The position numbers and the translations under genes are program-made. Below the pieces are notes generated by a model. That model worked only from the letters and a program-made list of their open reading frames with translations, made no database searches and was not told the DNA's origin. A stretch of 45,758 nucleotides of DNA, taken from contig NC_069006.1 of the NCBI RefSeq assembly GCF_001194135.2, positions 21,584,511-21,630,268 of the forward strand, in the 5' to 3' direction. This document shows positions 11,579-23,041 of the stretch, in pieces; the stretch's first letter is position 1; each line of letters opens with the position of its first letter. The stretch comes from Octopus bimaculoides. Its lineage: Eukaryota.

Positions 11579-11707
11579 TGTAGCGAGAGTACTGAACTGG
11601 TCGCCATCACTTGATGATGTGGGGAAATAGGCAAACTCTCCGTTTATCTGGGCATTGGAGTTGTTGCCTCGCTGTTGATCTTGTAAGTGTTGAATACGAG
11701 TCTTGGC
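11579..11707 (-). CDS. Eps15: Eps15 exon, end of coiled coil (AKTRIQHLQDQQRGNNSNAQINGEFAYFPTSSSDGDQFSTLAT), 129 nt, phase 0/0
   Basis: Acceptor accctccag after a pyrimidine tract, donor gtaagt. Open frame in the expected position. Confidence 0.87.
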
Positions 11708-11794
11708 CTGGAGGGTAGAAGAAAGAGGAAACTGAATGAGGAAGTGTGTGTGTGTGTGCGATTTGGACATCTAATATATAAAATAGATATGTGT

Positions 11795-12030
11795 TATTTC
11801 TTTACTACCCACAAGGGGCTACACACAGAGGGGACAAACAAGGACAGACAAACGGATTAAGTCGATTATATCAACGCCAGTGCGTAACTGGTACTTATTT
11901 AATCGACCCCCAAAAGGAGGATGAAAGGCAAAGTCGACCTCGGCGGAATTTGAACTCCGAACGTAACGGCAGACGAAATACCGCTAAGCATTTCGCCCGG
12001 CGTGCTAACCACTCTGCCAGCTCGCCGCCT
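11795..12030 (-). mobile_element. tRNA-derived SINE family A, apparently full-length and well preserved
   Basis: The reverse strand reads ggcggcgagctggcagagtggttagcacgccgggcgaaatgcttagcgg...gagttcaaattccgccgaggtcgac..., with A/B-box-like head and tail gtgggtagtaaagaaata. Confidence 0.85.
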
Positions 12031-12778
12031 TTAAATAGATNNNNNNNNNNNNNNNNNNNNNNNNNNNNNNNNNNNNNNNNNNNNNNNNNNNNNNNNNNNN
12101 NNNNNNNNNNNNNNNNNNNNNNNNNNNNNNNNNNNNNNNNNNNNNNNNNNNNNNNNNNNNNNNNNNNNNNNNNNNNNNNNNNNNNNNNNNNNNNNNNNNN
12201 NNNNNNNNNNNNNNNNNNNNNNNNNNNNNNNNNNNNNNNNNNNNNNNNNNNNNNNNNNNNNNNNNNNNNNNNNNNNNNNNNNNNNNNNNNNNNNNNNNNN
12301 NNNNNNNNNNNNNNNNNNNNNNNNNNNNNNNNNNNNNNNNNNNNNNNNNNNNNNNNNNNNNNNNNNNNNNNNNNNNNNNNNNNNNNNNNNNNNNNNNNNN
12401 NNNNNNNNNNNNNNNNNNNNNNNNNNNNNNNNNNNNNNNNNNNNNNNNNNNNNNNNNNNNNNNNNNNNNNNNNNNNNNNNNNNNNNNNNNNNNNNNNNNN
12501 NNNNNNNNNNNNNNNNNNNNNNNNNNNNNNNNNNNNNNNNNNNNNNNNNNNNNNNNNNNNNNNNNNNNNNNNNNNNNNNNNNNNNNNNNNNNNNNNNNNN
12601 NNNNNNNNNNNNNNNNNNNNNNNNNNNNNNNNNNNNNNNNNNNNNNNNNNNNNNNNNNNNNNNNNNNNNNNNNNNNNNNNNNNNNNNNNNNNNNNNNNNN
12701 NNNNNNNNNNNNNNNNNNNNNNNNNNNNNNNNNNNNNNNNNNNNNNNNNNNNNNNNNNNNNNNNNNNNNNNNNNNNNN

Positions 12779-12916
12779 TAACTGAGTGTCTTTTTGGTTC
12801 TTCAACAGTGTCTCTATGTAGACTTTCTTCTCGGCAACTTCTGCCTCTAAATGGGCTTCTTCATCTCTGAGATTATTTAAATCAGCACGCAAGCTATTTA
12901 ACTCTTCTTCTTGTTC
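12779..12916 (-). CDS. Eps15: Eps15 exon, coiled coil (EQEEELNSLRADLNNLRDEEAHLEAEVAEKKVYIETLLKNQKDTQL...), truncated by N gap 12041-12778
   Basis: Acceptor aatttttag. Heptad-rich open frame that runs into the gap, so the donor is not visible. Confidence 0.9.
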
Positions 12917-13527
12917 CTAAAAATTCAAAAACACATAAATAAGCCAAAAGAAACAACAACAACAACAACAACAACACTTTTCTACTATAGGCACAAGGCC
13001 TGAAATTTTGAAGGGAGGGGACTAGTTGATTACATCGATGCCAGTGCTCAACTGGTCCTTAATTTATTGACCCCCAAAAGGATGAAAAGCAAAGTCAACC
13101 TCAGTGGGATTTGAACTCAGAAAATCTCAACCATCCATTACATGATTTGTAAAAGCCTTGTTAAGTGATGTTTCCAAAACAGCAAATTCATAATGGCTAT
13201 GTTATATGTTTTACTAAATGTCACACCAAATTTCTGTTTATATTCAAAATTTGTTGAAATGCAGAGTGACTGGACTTCATCAGAAATAAAAGACAGTAAA
13301 GTGTTACAATACAGACAAACACATTTTGTGTACACACGTGTAGGAGTATGTGTGTTTTCATGTTTATAACTGTCTCTCACTACTTACAAAACCTGTGTTT
13401 GTTTGATTATGTTCCTATATCTTAGAAGTTTGGCAAAAAAAAAAATATAAACAATTAGTACCCAACTTGAAAATAAGTACTGACTGGTGGTGCATGCATA
13501 TGCATGTGTGTGTGTGTATATGTAAGT

Positions 13528-13813
13528 GAAGGTGCATGGCTCAGTGGTTAGGGCATCGAGCTTACAATTGTGATACTGTGAGTTCAATTCCCAGACAAGG
13601 CTCTTTGTTGTGTTCCTGAGTAAGACACTTTATTTCACGTTGCTCCAATTCATTCAGCTCTAGAAATGAGTTGTGATATCACTGGTACCAAACTGAATCA
13701 GCCTTTACCTTTCCCTTGGATAACATCAGTGGCATGGGGAAGAGAAACTGGTGTGCACGTTCTCCCCTCTCCATGCATGGTCTTCCATAAACAACCTTGC
13801 CCACACTTGCGCC
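13528..13813 (+). mobile_element. SINE family D copy (tRNA-like head gaaggtgcatggctcagtggttag)
   Basis: The same head recurs at about 29675-29770 and the body matches 9348-9675. Confidence 0.75.
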
Positions 13814-13850
13814 TTGACCTTGCATAGTGTCGGTAGAGAAGAAATAATAG

Positions 13851-14044
13851 ATTAGTAAAAATCAAGAGAATAGAGATTTACATATCCAGGTTTTATTAGA
13901 CGGTTAGTCACATCTTTCTTTGTCAGTACCTACACGTGTTTGCACTGCAAGCCAAGTGGAAATCTGTAGGTACTGACAAAGATGTGATTAACTGCATAAT
14001 AAAACCTGGATATGTAAATCTCTATTCTCCTGATTTTTATTAAT
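13851..14044. mobile_element. Fold-back MITE-like element with about 80-bp arms and a 30-nt spacer
   Basis: Arms 13851-13934 and 13965-14044 are near-perfect reverse complements. Confidence 0.8.
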
Positions 14045-14084
14045 GTGTATGTATATATATATAAAAAATCACTTGTGTTATATA

Positions 14085-14299
14085 CAGGGGTGGGCAAAAG
14101 TAGGCATACAGTTGCTTATTGCAAGTGGAATGTTGTTTTCATTTTGCAATTTCTTTTTACAAACCTAAGCGATTCGTAAGTCGACTAAGGGGGTTTGCAG
14201 GAGATGCCAAGTTCATTGGAAACCCTCTTCTGTGATTTCTGGGGACTTTGAGTGAGTGCTGGAGCCAAGCCACTGTATACCTACTTTTGTGCACCCCTG
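14085..14299. mobile_element. Tc1/mariner-type MITE, 215 bp, TA target duplication
   Basis: TA-CAGGGGTGGGCAAAAGTAGGCATACAGT ... ACTGTATACCTACTTTTGTGCACCCCTG-TA. Confidence 0.85.
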
Positions 14300-14699
14300 T
14301 ATGTCAAACTTATCTTATGAATACAGAGACGAATATATTTATAGTTGAACTAGAATACAAAATCATTTATTCCATGAAAATGAATTTTTGTATTTTGGAT
14401 TTTCACATATGAATACATAGAGAAAAACTTCTTTTCCTCTCGTGTTAGGAAGTTAAACTTATTTTAATTAGACAAAAAAAAATATATGTAGATAAAAACA
14501 TTTTGACACATTTTCAGCCTTTTTCTCAGTATTTTTCTTCAGAACATTCAGAAAAACCCAACAAAAACTGATCGTATTCTACTCTGATGAGGCTCACACA
14601 CATGGCTGTTTCTGAGTAGTATTCATCTGTATACCAACGATTATAAACAATGTTCTTCTAGAATGGTCTTTGAATATAAACTCAGCAACTTAAACACCG

Positions 14700-14925
14700 A
14701 GTGTCATTTTGGTCAGCTGAAAGCAGTTTTGGTACAAACTTGGCAGACACACATCTCATACCCAAATCTTCAGTGATAATGGACTGAATTGTAACTAATC
14801 TGCACATCTTCTGATAACTCACGGATGAGGATTCGACGATTTCCCCTCATGGCTGCATGCACATCTGTGATGATTTCCTCACTCTCAGAACGTTTGTCAA
14901 TTTCGACATTTTTTCGGCCAATCAA
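14700..14925 (-). mobile_element. Mariner-family transposase relic (HTH and linker)
   Basis: GRKNVEIDKRS..EEIITDVHAAMRGNRRILIRELSEDVQISY, then after a frameshift SIITEDLGMRCVSAKFVPKLLSADQ (mariner WVP-region equivalent). Confidence 0.85.
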
Positions 14926-17140
14926 ATAAAGTACAAAGCAGGTGCTGGGATCATAGCATCGAACTAAGGCAAAATTACCAGTCTCTGTTCTCATAGTACC
15001 TTTTTTAAACATTTTCCTAAAGGTTCATGCTTGTTTACAAACTTTTAATTTGCCCATGTTTCATATGTTCTGAGTAATACAGAGCTTTCCTTTTATAAGA
15101 TCCAAATTACGCTTTTGGTTGAAGAAAATTGAGAATGTATATTATATACGATGTATGGACTCTAGCGATGTGTCCTGCATATCATTTCTATGGTGCATTT
15201 ATACCAGGAGTATATGTCCTGTGTATCACGTGATACACAGGACAAGAAAAGGGTTAAGGGGGATAGGAATTGTTTTATCCAAAAGAGAAATCATCATCAT
15301 CATTATTTAGCATCTGTTTTCCATGCTGGTATGAGTTAGCCCAGGGATTCTCAACTATTTTCTTATCTATAGACCCCTTTGATTACTATTTTACTCTGGT
15401 GGGCCCCCACAGCCATCCATTGTTTAAAAACTAGTTTTATAGAAACCTCTTTCAAAATTCCTATTTTGTTTGTCACCCATTAACTTGTGTCGGTTGAATT
15501 ATGTAAAACATTAGAGAAAGAAACCTAGCTGTTTCTTGCAATACAAACCAATGCATACATCTAAAGTAAAATTTTTTTCAGTGCCACATAAACGTCCCCA
15601 GGCCAGTGCTGTGTAAAAGCACCAAGTACACTCTGTAAAGTGGTTGGCATTAGGAAGGTCATCTAATTATAGAAACCATGCCAAAACAGACATGGAGTCC
15701 AGGCAGCTCTTCAGCTGGTCAGCTCCTGTCAAACTGTCCAACCCATGCCAGCATGGAAAACAGATATATGATGATGATGATATATATGATGCATGGACTG
15801 CAGGGAAATATATCCCATGTCTCAAATACGATACAGATGACAGGCAAAGAATTAAAGGGATATTTCACCTGAAATATCAGAACTGAATACCTATTTCTCA
15901 GAAATTGTTTCAATAATTTGTTGTTGTGATTTAATGTTCAATTTGCATTGCTTATAGCCTTCTCATATTCTGCTATGCTTCAAATACAGAACATTCTTCT
16001 ATACGCGTGTGTGAGTGTACCTGTGTTCTTCCATTTTATGTCTTCTCGGAAAAAAATTTACTGATAACGTTTGGAGAAGAATATTGCTGAAGAGTGAAAT
16101 GTGATCACTGAAGAAATATTATACTTACCATTTTGTGGATTTTTGAGAAAGAAAAATAAACAAATACAATGATTTGCCATTCTCAGGAATGAAAAAGAAT
16201 GAAAATTCCTATAGAGACTACCCATATAAATGCAAACAAAATTATCAATGCAATTTTTTTTCCCAAATCCTTAGAAATTCCTTATGTTCCTAAAGGATAT
16301 ATAAATACATGCTTCAAAAAAAAAAAAAAAATGTCAGAAAATATAATCCAGAATATTTAATACTAACCTACCAGCAACTGCCTTTGTACCATGCAACCAG
16401 CTAACCAACCAACCAGCTCAATAACATCTCGATTTTATTTAAAGTGTTCGTATTTAATTAAAACCTTCCGTTACAGTTTTGAGTAAGAAATTTAAATGAT
16501 ATAGGGTGTGACCTAAAACACCAGCTGATATTGGTTTCAAATTTTGGCACAAGGCCAGCCAAGTTCAAGGGAGAGGGGTAAATTGATTACATTCACCCCA
16601 GTGCTCAACTGTTATTTATTTTATTGACCCAAAAGGGATGAAAAGCAAAATTGACTTCGGCAGAATTTGAACTCAGAACGTGAAGACAGACGAAATGCCA
16701 CAAAGAATTTTGCCCAGCAGGCTGACAATTCTGCCAGTTTGCCACTTGGCAGCATGTAAATATTGGATCTAAAAAGTCATTGGATACAGAAACGGCAACC
16801 TTCAACTTTTCTTGTTTACAAGGGGTGTTTTTAAACCCCTATATTTACATGCTATTATTTACAAAGTCAATCTCAGTAGAAATTGATGTCAGAAAATAAA
16901 GACAAACAAAATGCTGCTAAGCCAGTGGTTCCCAACTTTTTCACAATGGTTCCTGTCAGTGGTTCCCAACCCTTTTACTGAAATAAGTTTTCCAACAGAT
17001 ACCTTTTAATGTGTTTATTCTTATATATGTGTGTGTGTGTGTGTGTATGAAATTTTGAATTTAGTTCACGGACCCCCAGTTCTACCTTTGCATACCAAAA
17101 AAGATGAAAAGCAAAATTGATCTCAGTGGAATTTGAACAC

Positions 17141-17668
17141 AGAAGAAGTTTCAGGTGTGAAAGCAAGGTTTAGAATCAAAGGGGCTTAGAGTCAATGTTG
17201 CAAAGACCAAAGTTCTAGTAAGTAGGAAGGCGAACACATCACACACCCCTTCAGGTAGGTGGCCCTGCTTGATCTGTAGAAAAGGTGTAGGTAGAAACTC
17301 CATAAGATGTACCCAGTGTAAGCTATGGACACATAAGAGGTGCAGCAACATCAAAGGGAGATTTAATCAGGAAGATAGTTTTCGTGTGCGGCAGATGCAG
17401 AGGGGCAATAATCATCAGAGATGCTCAGAAAACAGATTCCATCACATGGCAGGAAGAGAAACTAGAAGTAGTTGATAGCTTCCGCTACCTAGGTGACCAA
17501 GTCTGTACTGGGGGTGGATGCTCAGAGAGTGTTACCACTAGAATAAGAACAGCCTGGGCAAAGTTCAGAAAGCTTCTACCCCTACTGGTGACAAAGGGCC
17601 TCTCACTCAGAGTGAAAGGTAGATTGTACGATGCATGTGTGTGAACTGCCATGCTTCACAGCAGTGAA
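17141..17668 (+). mobile_element. RTE-superfamily LINE reverse-transcriptase fragment (frameshifted)
   Basis: GLESKGLRVNVAKTKVLVS...WPCLICRKGVGRNSIRCTQCKLWTHKRCS...CGRC...LEVVDSFRYLG...RIRTAWAKFRKLLPLL...RVKGRLYDACV. Confidence 0.9.
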
Positions 17669-17679
17669 ATTTATCTATA

Positions 17680-18057
17680 AGGGGCTGTTTTTAAACCCCA
17701 ATACATGTTCTGAGTTCGAAACTTCCACCAAAATTTCATACCAAATATATTCCAAACAACAGTTTAATAATGACATGGTTATGTTACTAAACTCTTCACT
17801 ATTTTCAAAATTAACTGTGATAAACGTAGTATAATATGGTAACAAAAGGGTTAAAGTGAACTAAATTAAACCTTTCCAATATGGTAACAAAAGGGTTAAA
17901 GTGATCTAAATTAAAACCTTCCATCAAATTCTATATTAATCTATGTTTCAAATACCAGTTTACTAAAGACAAAATAATTGTAATAAATTCTACTTTATTT
18001 TCATTATTAATTTTAACAAAGAGATTTTCAACAGAAATATGATAACAAAAGAGTTAA
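17680..18057 (-). mobile_element. Second TTAA/piggyBac-type MITE family, duplicated or nested ends
   Basis: Repeated atggtaacaaaagggttaa ends. The body matches about 537-730 in the opposite orientation. Confidence 0.6.
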
Positions 18058-20391
18058 TTTTCTAATATACACTTTATTTTATATTACATAAATGCATTTT
18101 CTAGATGTATATTTTTCTATTCACAATATATACCATCTTCACATTACACACCCACGCTCCCCATTATATCACAATATTTTCTTTAAATGAATTTTGCAAC
18201 TAGGAGTAAGTTACAAATGACATCTGGTAGGGGATTTTCTGTATCTATTAATACTTAGGTCATTGTAAAGTACCAGCGATGAATCCCAATCTAAAAAAAA
18301 AAAAAAAAGACTTGCTCAAAACTCTGATCAACTTACAAAACTATCGTAATGAAAGTTCATAAGAACTCCATGCAAATGTATAATATACATATGTGTGTGT
18401 ATGTGAGTGTACACACACATTACTGAAATTATCCAAGAAGTCATTTGATGTTACATAACAGTCTTCGCTGATGAGCTCAGAATAAAACTAAAACATGTCT
18501 TGAATTGTCTGCAGTGCACACCAGAAGAGAAAAAAAGAAAAGAAATGAAAAAAGCTATTGGATGCAAGCATAAGTGTGTGATTACACAGTTCCTGTGGCA
18601 ACTACAGGGTTTCAACCCCACTGTGCTGTATGACAGCATAGAAAATGATGACACAAGTAGGCAATATAGACATTGATTACACAAATAATAATAATAATAA
18701 TAATAATAAGCTGACTGAACAGTGGGGAGAAAATAAACTGCTAACAAAGATAATAACCTAACATGCATCAGGCTGCAAGTGAACGAAGAAACGAGGGAGA
18801 AATAAATATAGAGACGAATAGGTTTTTTTTTTTTAGTTGTCTTTCGTGTTTTTGTATTCTTTTTTTTCTTCTTGTCATTTTGTCTTTAAATGGAAACAGA
18901 GATGAGAAAGAAAAAAAAAAGGAAAAAGAAATGAAAGAAANNNNNNNNNNNNNNNNNNNNNNNNNNNNNNNNNNNNNNNNNNNNNNNNNNNNNNNNNNNN
19001 NNNNNNNNNNNNNNNNNNNNNNNNNNNNNNNNNNNNNNNNNNNNNNNNNNNNNNNNNNNNNNNNNNNNNNNNNNNNNNNNNNNNNNNNNNNNNNNNNNNN
19101 NNNNNNNNNNNNNNNNNNNNNNNNNNNNNNNNNNNNNNNNNNNNNNNNNNNNNNNNNNNNNNNNNNNNNNNNNNNNNNNNNNNNNNNNNNNNNNNNNNNN
19201 NNNNNNNNNNNNNNNNNNNNNNNNNNNNNNNNNNNNNNNNNNNNNNNNNNNNNNNNNNNNNNNNNNNNNNNNNNNNNNNNNNNNNNNNNNNNNNNNNNNN
19301 NNNNNNNNNNNNNNNNNNNNNNNNNNNNNNNNNNNNNNNNNNNNNNNNNNNNNNNNNNNNNNNNNNNNNNNNNAATAATAATAAACATGTAAATACTGGG
19401 TGGGGAAAACCTTTTGGGTAGAAAAAGTCAAAAGCTGACAATGTGACTCAAACCCACATCTCCATTCGACTTTATCTGTCCAAAAGGGGATTTTGAACCC
19501 AATACTTACATGTTATTATTTATAGCTTTATGTGCTCCAAGATACACTGTTCCAAAAAAAATATATATATTTAGATTATTTAGAAACTTGTATTAAAGCA
19601 ACATTATCCAATGATTTCTTTTGATGCAAAAGGCATTTCTGAAGTATTTCTTTTTCCTCCTCTTTTGGCTTTTGATTGGTCCCTACCTAAAACGTGGTAA
19701 CACTCACAATTGCAAACAAAAAGCAAAGGAGGGGAGTGCAGTGCCAATGAATCTTAAATTTTTCAGTGCCTGAGGCAGGCGGGAGGAAGTCGTCTTTAAA
19801 CCAAACACCAGACATTAACGCTTGTAAAGGGATTAGACTCAGCTAAAGACACCCAGAGATGCACTGGGGGTATGGAACCATGTGATAGCTTCACTTGATT
19901 ACCAAAAAACTCAGAACATAAAGAAGAAGAAACGAATACCAGAATGCATCTTGTCAACAGTTTAAAATTTGCATCAGACTGAGCTGCCGTTTTGTACTTA
20001 ATCCTTTTGGCGCCCAAAAGGATTAAAAGCAAAGTTGACGTAGCAGGATTTGAAATGGAAACACGGGTGACCAAAGCAAATACTGCAAGGCATTGTATTA
20101 CACACCAACTAAATCTTCAGATCTAATGCTTAGTGTTAGTTTCAGAATACTATTTTTTACTGGTGTCTATAGATATAGATATATATATATGAGTGGCTGA
20201 ACAAAGAAAAGAAACTGTAGCACTCATCACGTTTTGTAAAAGCTACATATATATTCAATAATTGTGACTCAGTTTGAACACGATACATCAGTTTCAACAG
20301 ATGATTGCTTATACACCCATGAAACTTTAAGTCATGTGCAGCTAAGTGAAGCTGTTATTAAATATCATATACATATATTTGTGTGTGTGTG

Positions 20392-20424
<33 letters not shown>

Positions 20425-21604
20425 GCATGTGTGTGTATGTATATATGTAATTATATACATGTATGTGTGCATGTGCATCAGTGAATGGCCTATTTGACAA
20501 GATAGCAGATGTCTTCTCTATAATTGTAACATGACAACAACCAAATAATTTTAAATTTTAAATTTTAATTTTATCAATCACAAATTTACAAATTTTAAAA
20601 AATTGCCATTTACATATTTCATTTTTTCTGAGGTTTTTTTATTCTACTCCATTATTTTTTGCGTTTTTCTGTTTTCTTTTTTTTGATGTTACACAATCTT
20701 TATTATTTATTTTTTTTCTTTATTCCAAATTTCAAGTATATAGGTAAAAATTACCGTAAACAGACAATAACAACTTGAATTGAAATTCCATTAGCTACTT
20801 GAATCAAAGAATTCATGTCTTAGAGGATGGATGGATGGTGAAGAGGTAATGAGACATATACATACATATATATATATACACACACATATATATAATGAGA
20901 TAACTGGATGCAGCTGTTTGGATGCTAAAGCTTTGGCATGGCTGACTGGACATTCAGCCTGTTTTTTGGTGGCAGTATCTTTTAGCACTGGAGGCAAACA
21001 CACTCCCATGCATGTGTCCACAGAAATATACATACACAGAAAGAAGGAATGAGAGAGAGGGGGAGAAGTGAGTCATTATAATTTATTGACTGACCATGAC
21101 TTGTCATGAACAGTATCCCTCTCCTCATATGCATAAAGAAAAATATGCTGACACACATAAACAGCNNNNNNNNNNNNNNNNNNNNNNNNNNNNNNNNNNN
21201 NNNNNNNNNNNNNNNNNNNNNNNNNNNNNNNNNNNNNNNNNNNNNNNNNNNNNNNNNNNNNNNNNNNNNNNNNNNNNNNNNNNNNNNNNNNNNNNNNNNN
21301 NNNNNNNNNNNNNNNNNNNNNNNNNNNNNNNNNNNNNNNNNNNNNNNNNNNNNNNNNNNNNNNNNNNNNNNNNNNNNNNNNNNNNNNNNNNNNNNNNNNN
21401 NNNNNNNNNNNNNNNNNNNNNNNNNNNNNNNNNNNNNNNNNNNNNNNNNNNNNNNNNNNNNNNNNNNNNNNNNNNNNNNNNNNNNNNNNNNNNNNNNNNN
21501 NNNNNNNNNNNNNNNNNNNNNNNNNNNNNNNNNNNNNNNNNNNNNNNNNNNNNNNNNNNNNNNNNNNNNNNNNNNNNNNNNNNNNNNNNNNNNNNNNNNN
21601 NNNN

Positions 21605-21758
21605 GAGAGAGAGAGTAAAAGACAGAGAGAGAGAGAGAGTAAAAGACAGAGAGAGAGAGAGAGTAAAAGACAGAGAGAGAGTAAAAGACAGAGAGAGAGA
21701 GTAAAAGACAGAGAGAGAGAGTTAAAGACAGAGAGAGAGTTAAAGACAGAGAGAGAGA
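21605..21758. repeat. Compound (GA)n-GTAAAAGACA tandem repeat, running into an N gap
   Basis: Visible periodic gagagagtaaaagaca units. Confidence 0.9.
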
Positions 21759-22336
21759 TGGGGAGGAAGGGACAAAGGAATGAATGAAAGAAATATCAAC
21801 TAGCAAAAGAAATAACAAACCATCTGAGTCAGCATTAAACCAATGACGCACCAAATAAACGGCACCAAAACAGCTATGCCAGAACGTCTCATACCCATAT
21901 ATGTATGTATGGATGTATGTATGTATGTACGTACGTGTATGCATGTAAACTAGCTACTACTACAAAAACATATCCATAAGCAGGATTCAGTAGAACCCTA
22001 GGTTGAACCAACTGGTGTGGTTATCACAGTACTTGCCTGGATTGCTCCATTGGTCAGCTTAAAATGTACAGACAGATTAAGAAGGTTAAGCAAAGGGCGA
22101 TGAATAGATTATACAAAGAAAATTAAGCAAAGGGTGCAAATTATTTTAGCCATTTTCAAAATAAATAAATAAATAAATAAATTTGTCCCCTCCCCCCACT
22201 TTTTAATTTTTTTTTTTGTGCAGTCTCTCATTGCAGAAAAAATTCAGTGTACAAGAAATATATAAGCAATATATAAGCAATACACACACTTCCTGTTTTG
22301 ACACCACACTTCCTGCTCTACACAAACTTTTAGCCC

Positions 22337-22389
<53 letters not shown>

Positions 22390-22415
22390 GTCGATGCATA
22401 CAAAGACACACACAG

Positions 22416-22450
<35 letters not shown>

Positions 22451-22487
22451 GAGAGAGAGAGATATGCACACATATCTGAAGAGTTTA

Positions 22488-22827
22488 ATAAGCTGAAAAA
22501 GGTTATTTCATGGTTTGTGGTTAGCAACTGGGGTTGCTGTATATGCGAGTAAAAAAATCCAAATTTAGCGAATGGAGTAGGTAAAAATCTCCTGTGAGTT
22601 AATATGGGATCCCTTGATAACAATGTAAACTTCATTTGACTAAGCTATATTCGGCCTGATGAGTAGCTAGCCGAGTACGCCTTGTATGGGTAATTACTAC
22701 TTCTAAGGTTCTGCTAGCTATGAAACATATGTAGTCTGGATTTTACCTGCTCCATTCCCTAAATTTGGAATTTTACTCGAATACACAGCAACTCCATGGA
22801 CTACAACATAACCTTTTTTCATCTTAT
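22488..22827. repeat. Diverged inverted repeat, about 90-100-bp arms with a 150-bp spacer
   Basis: gttgctgtatatgcgagtaaaaaaatccaaatttagcgaatggagtaggtaaaaat matches the reverse complement of 22739-22827. Confidence 0.75.
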
Positions 22828-23003
22828 CGAACTTTGATATGGGAAAAATTTACAACCTTCTCTGTCAATAAACCCCTATTGTTCCTGAAAGTTGTTTTTT
22901 TTTTTTATATATGCACACATATATTTGCCAACATGGAAAACAGTCATTAACTAATGATGATATATATAAATTATACATGCGCATGTGTGTGTGTGTGTGT
23001 ATG

Positions 23004-23041
<38 letters not shown>

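Noticed and set aside
11795-12030. tRNA genes suggested by A/B boxes
   Set aside because: There is no complete cloverleaf, and the heads continue into multi-copy SINE bodies.
22747-22884. 138-nt pseudo-exon with ttttcag/gtaaaa-type sites
   Set aside because: It has stops in all three frames and overlaps an inverted-repeat arm.
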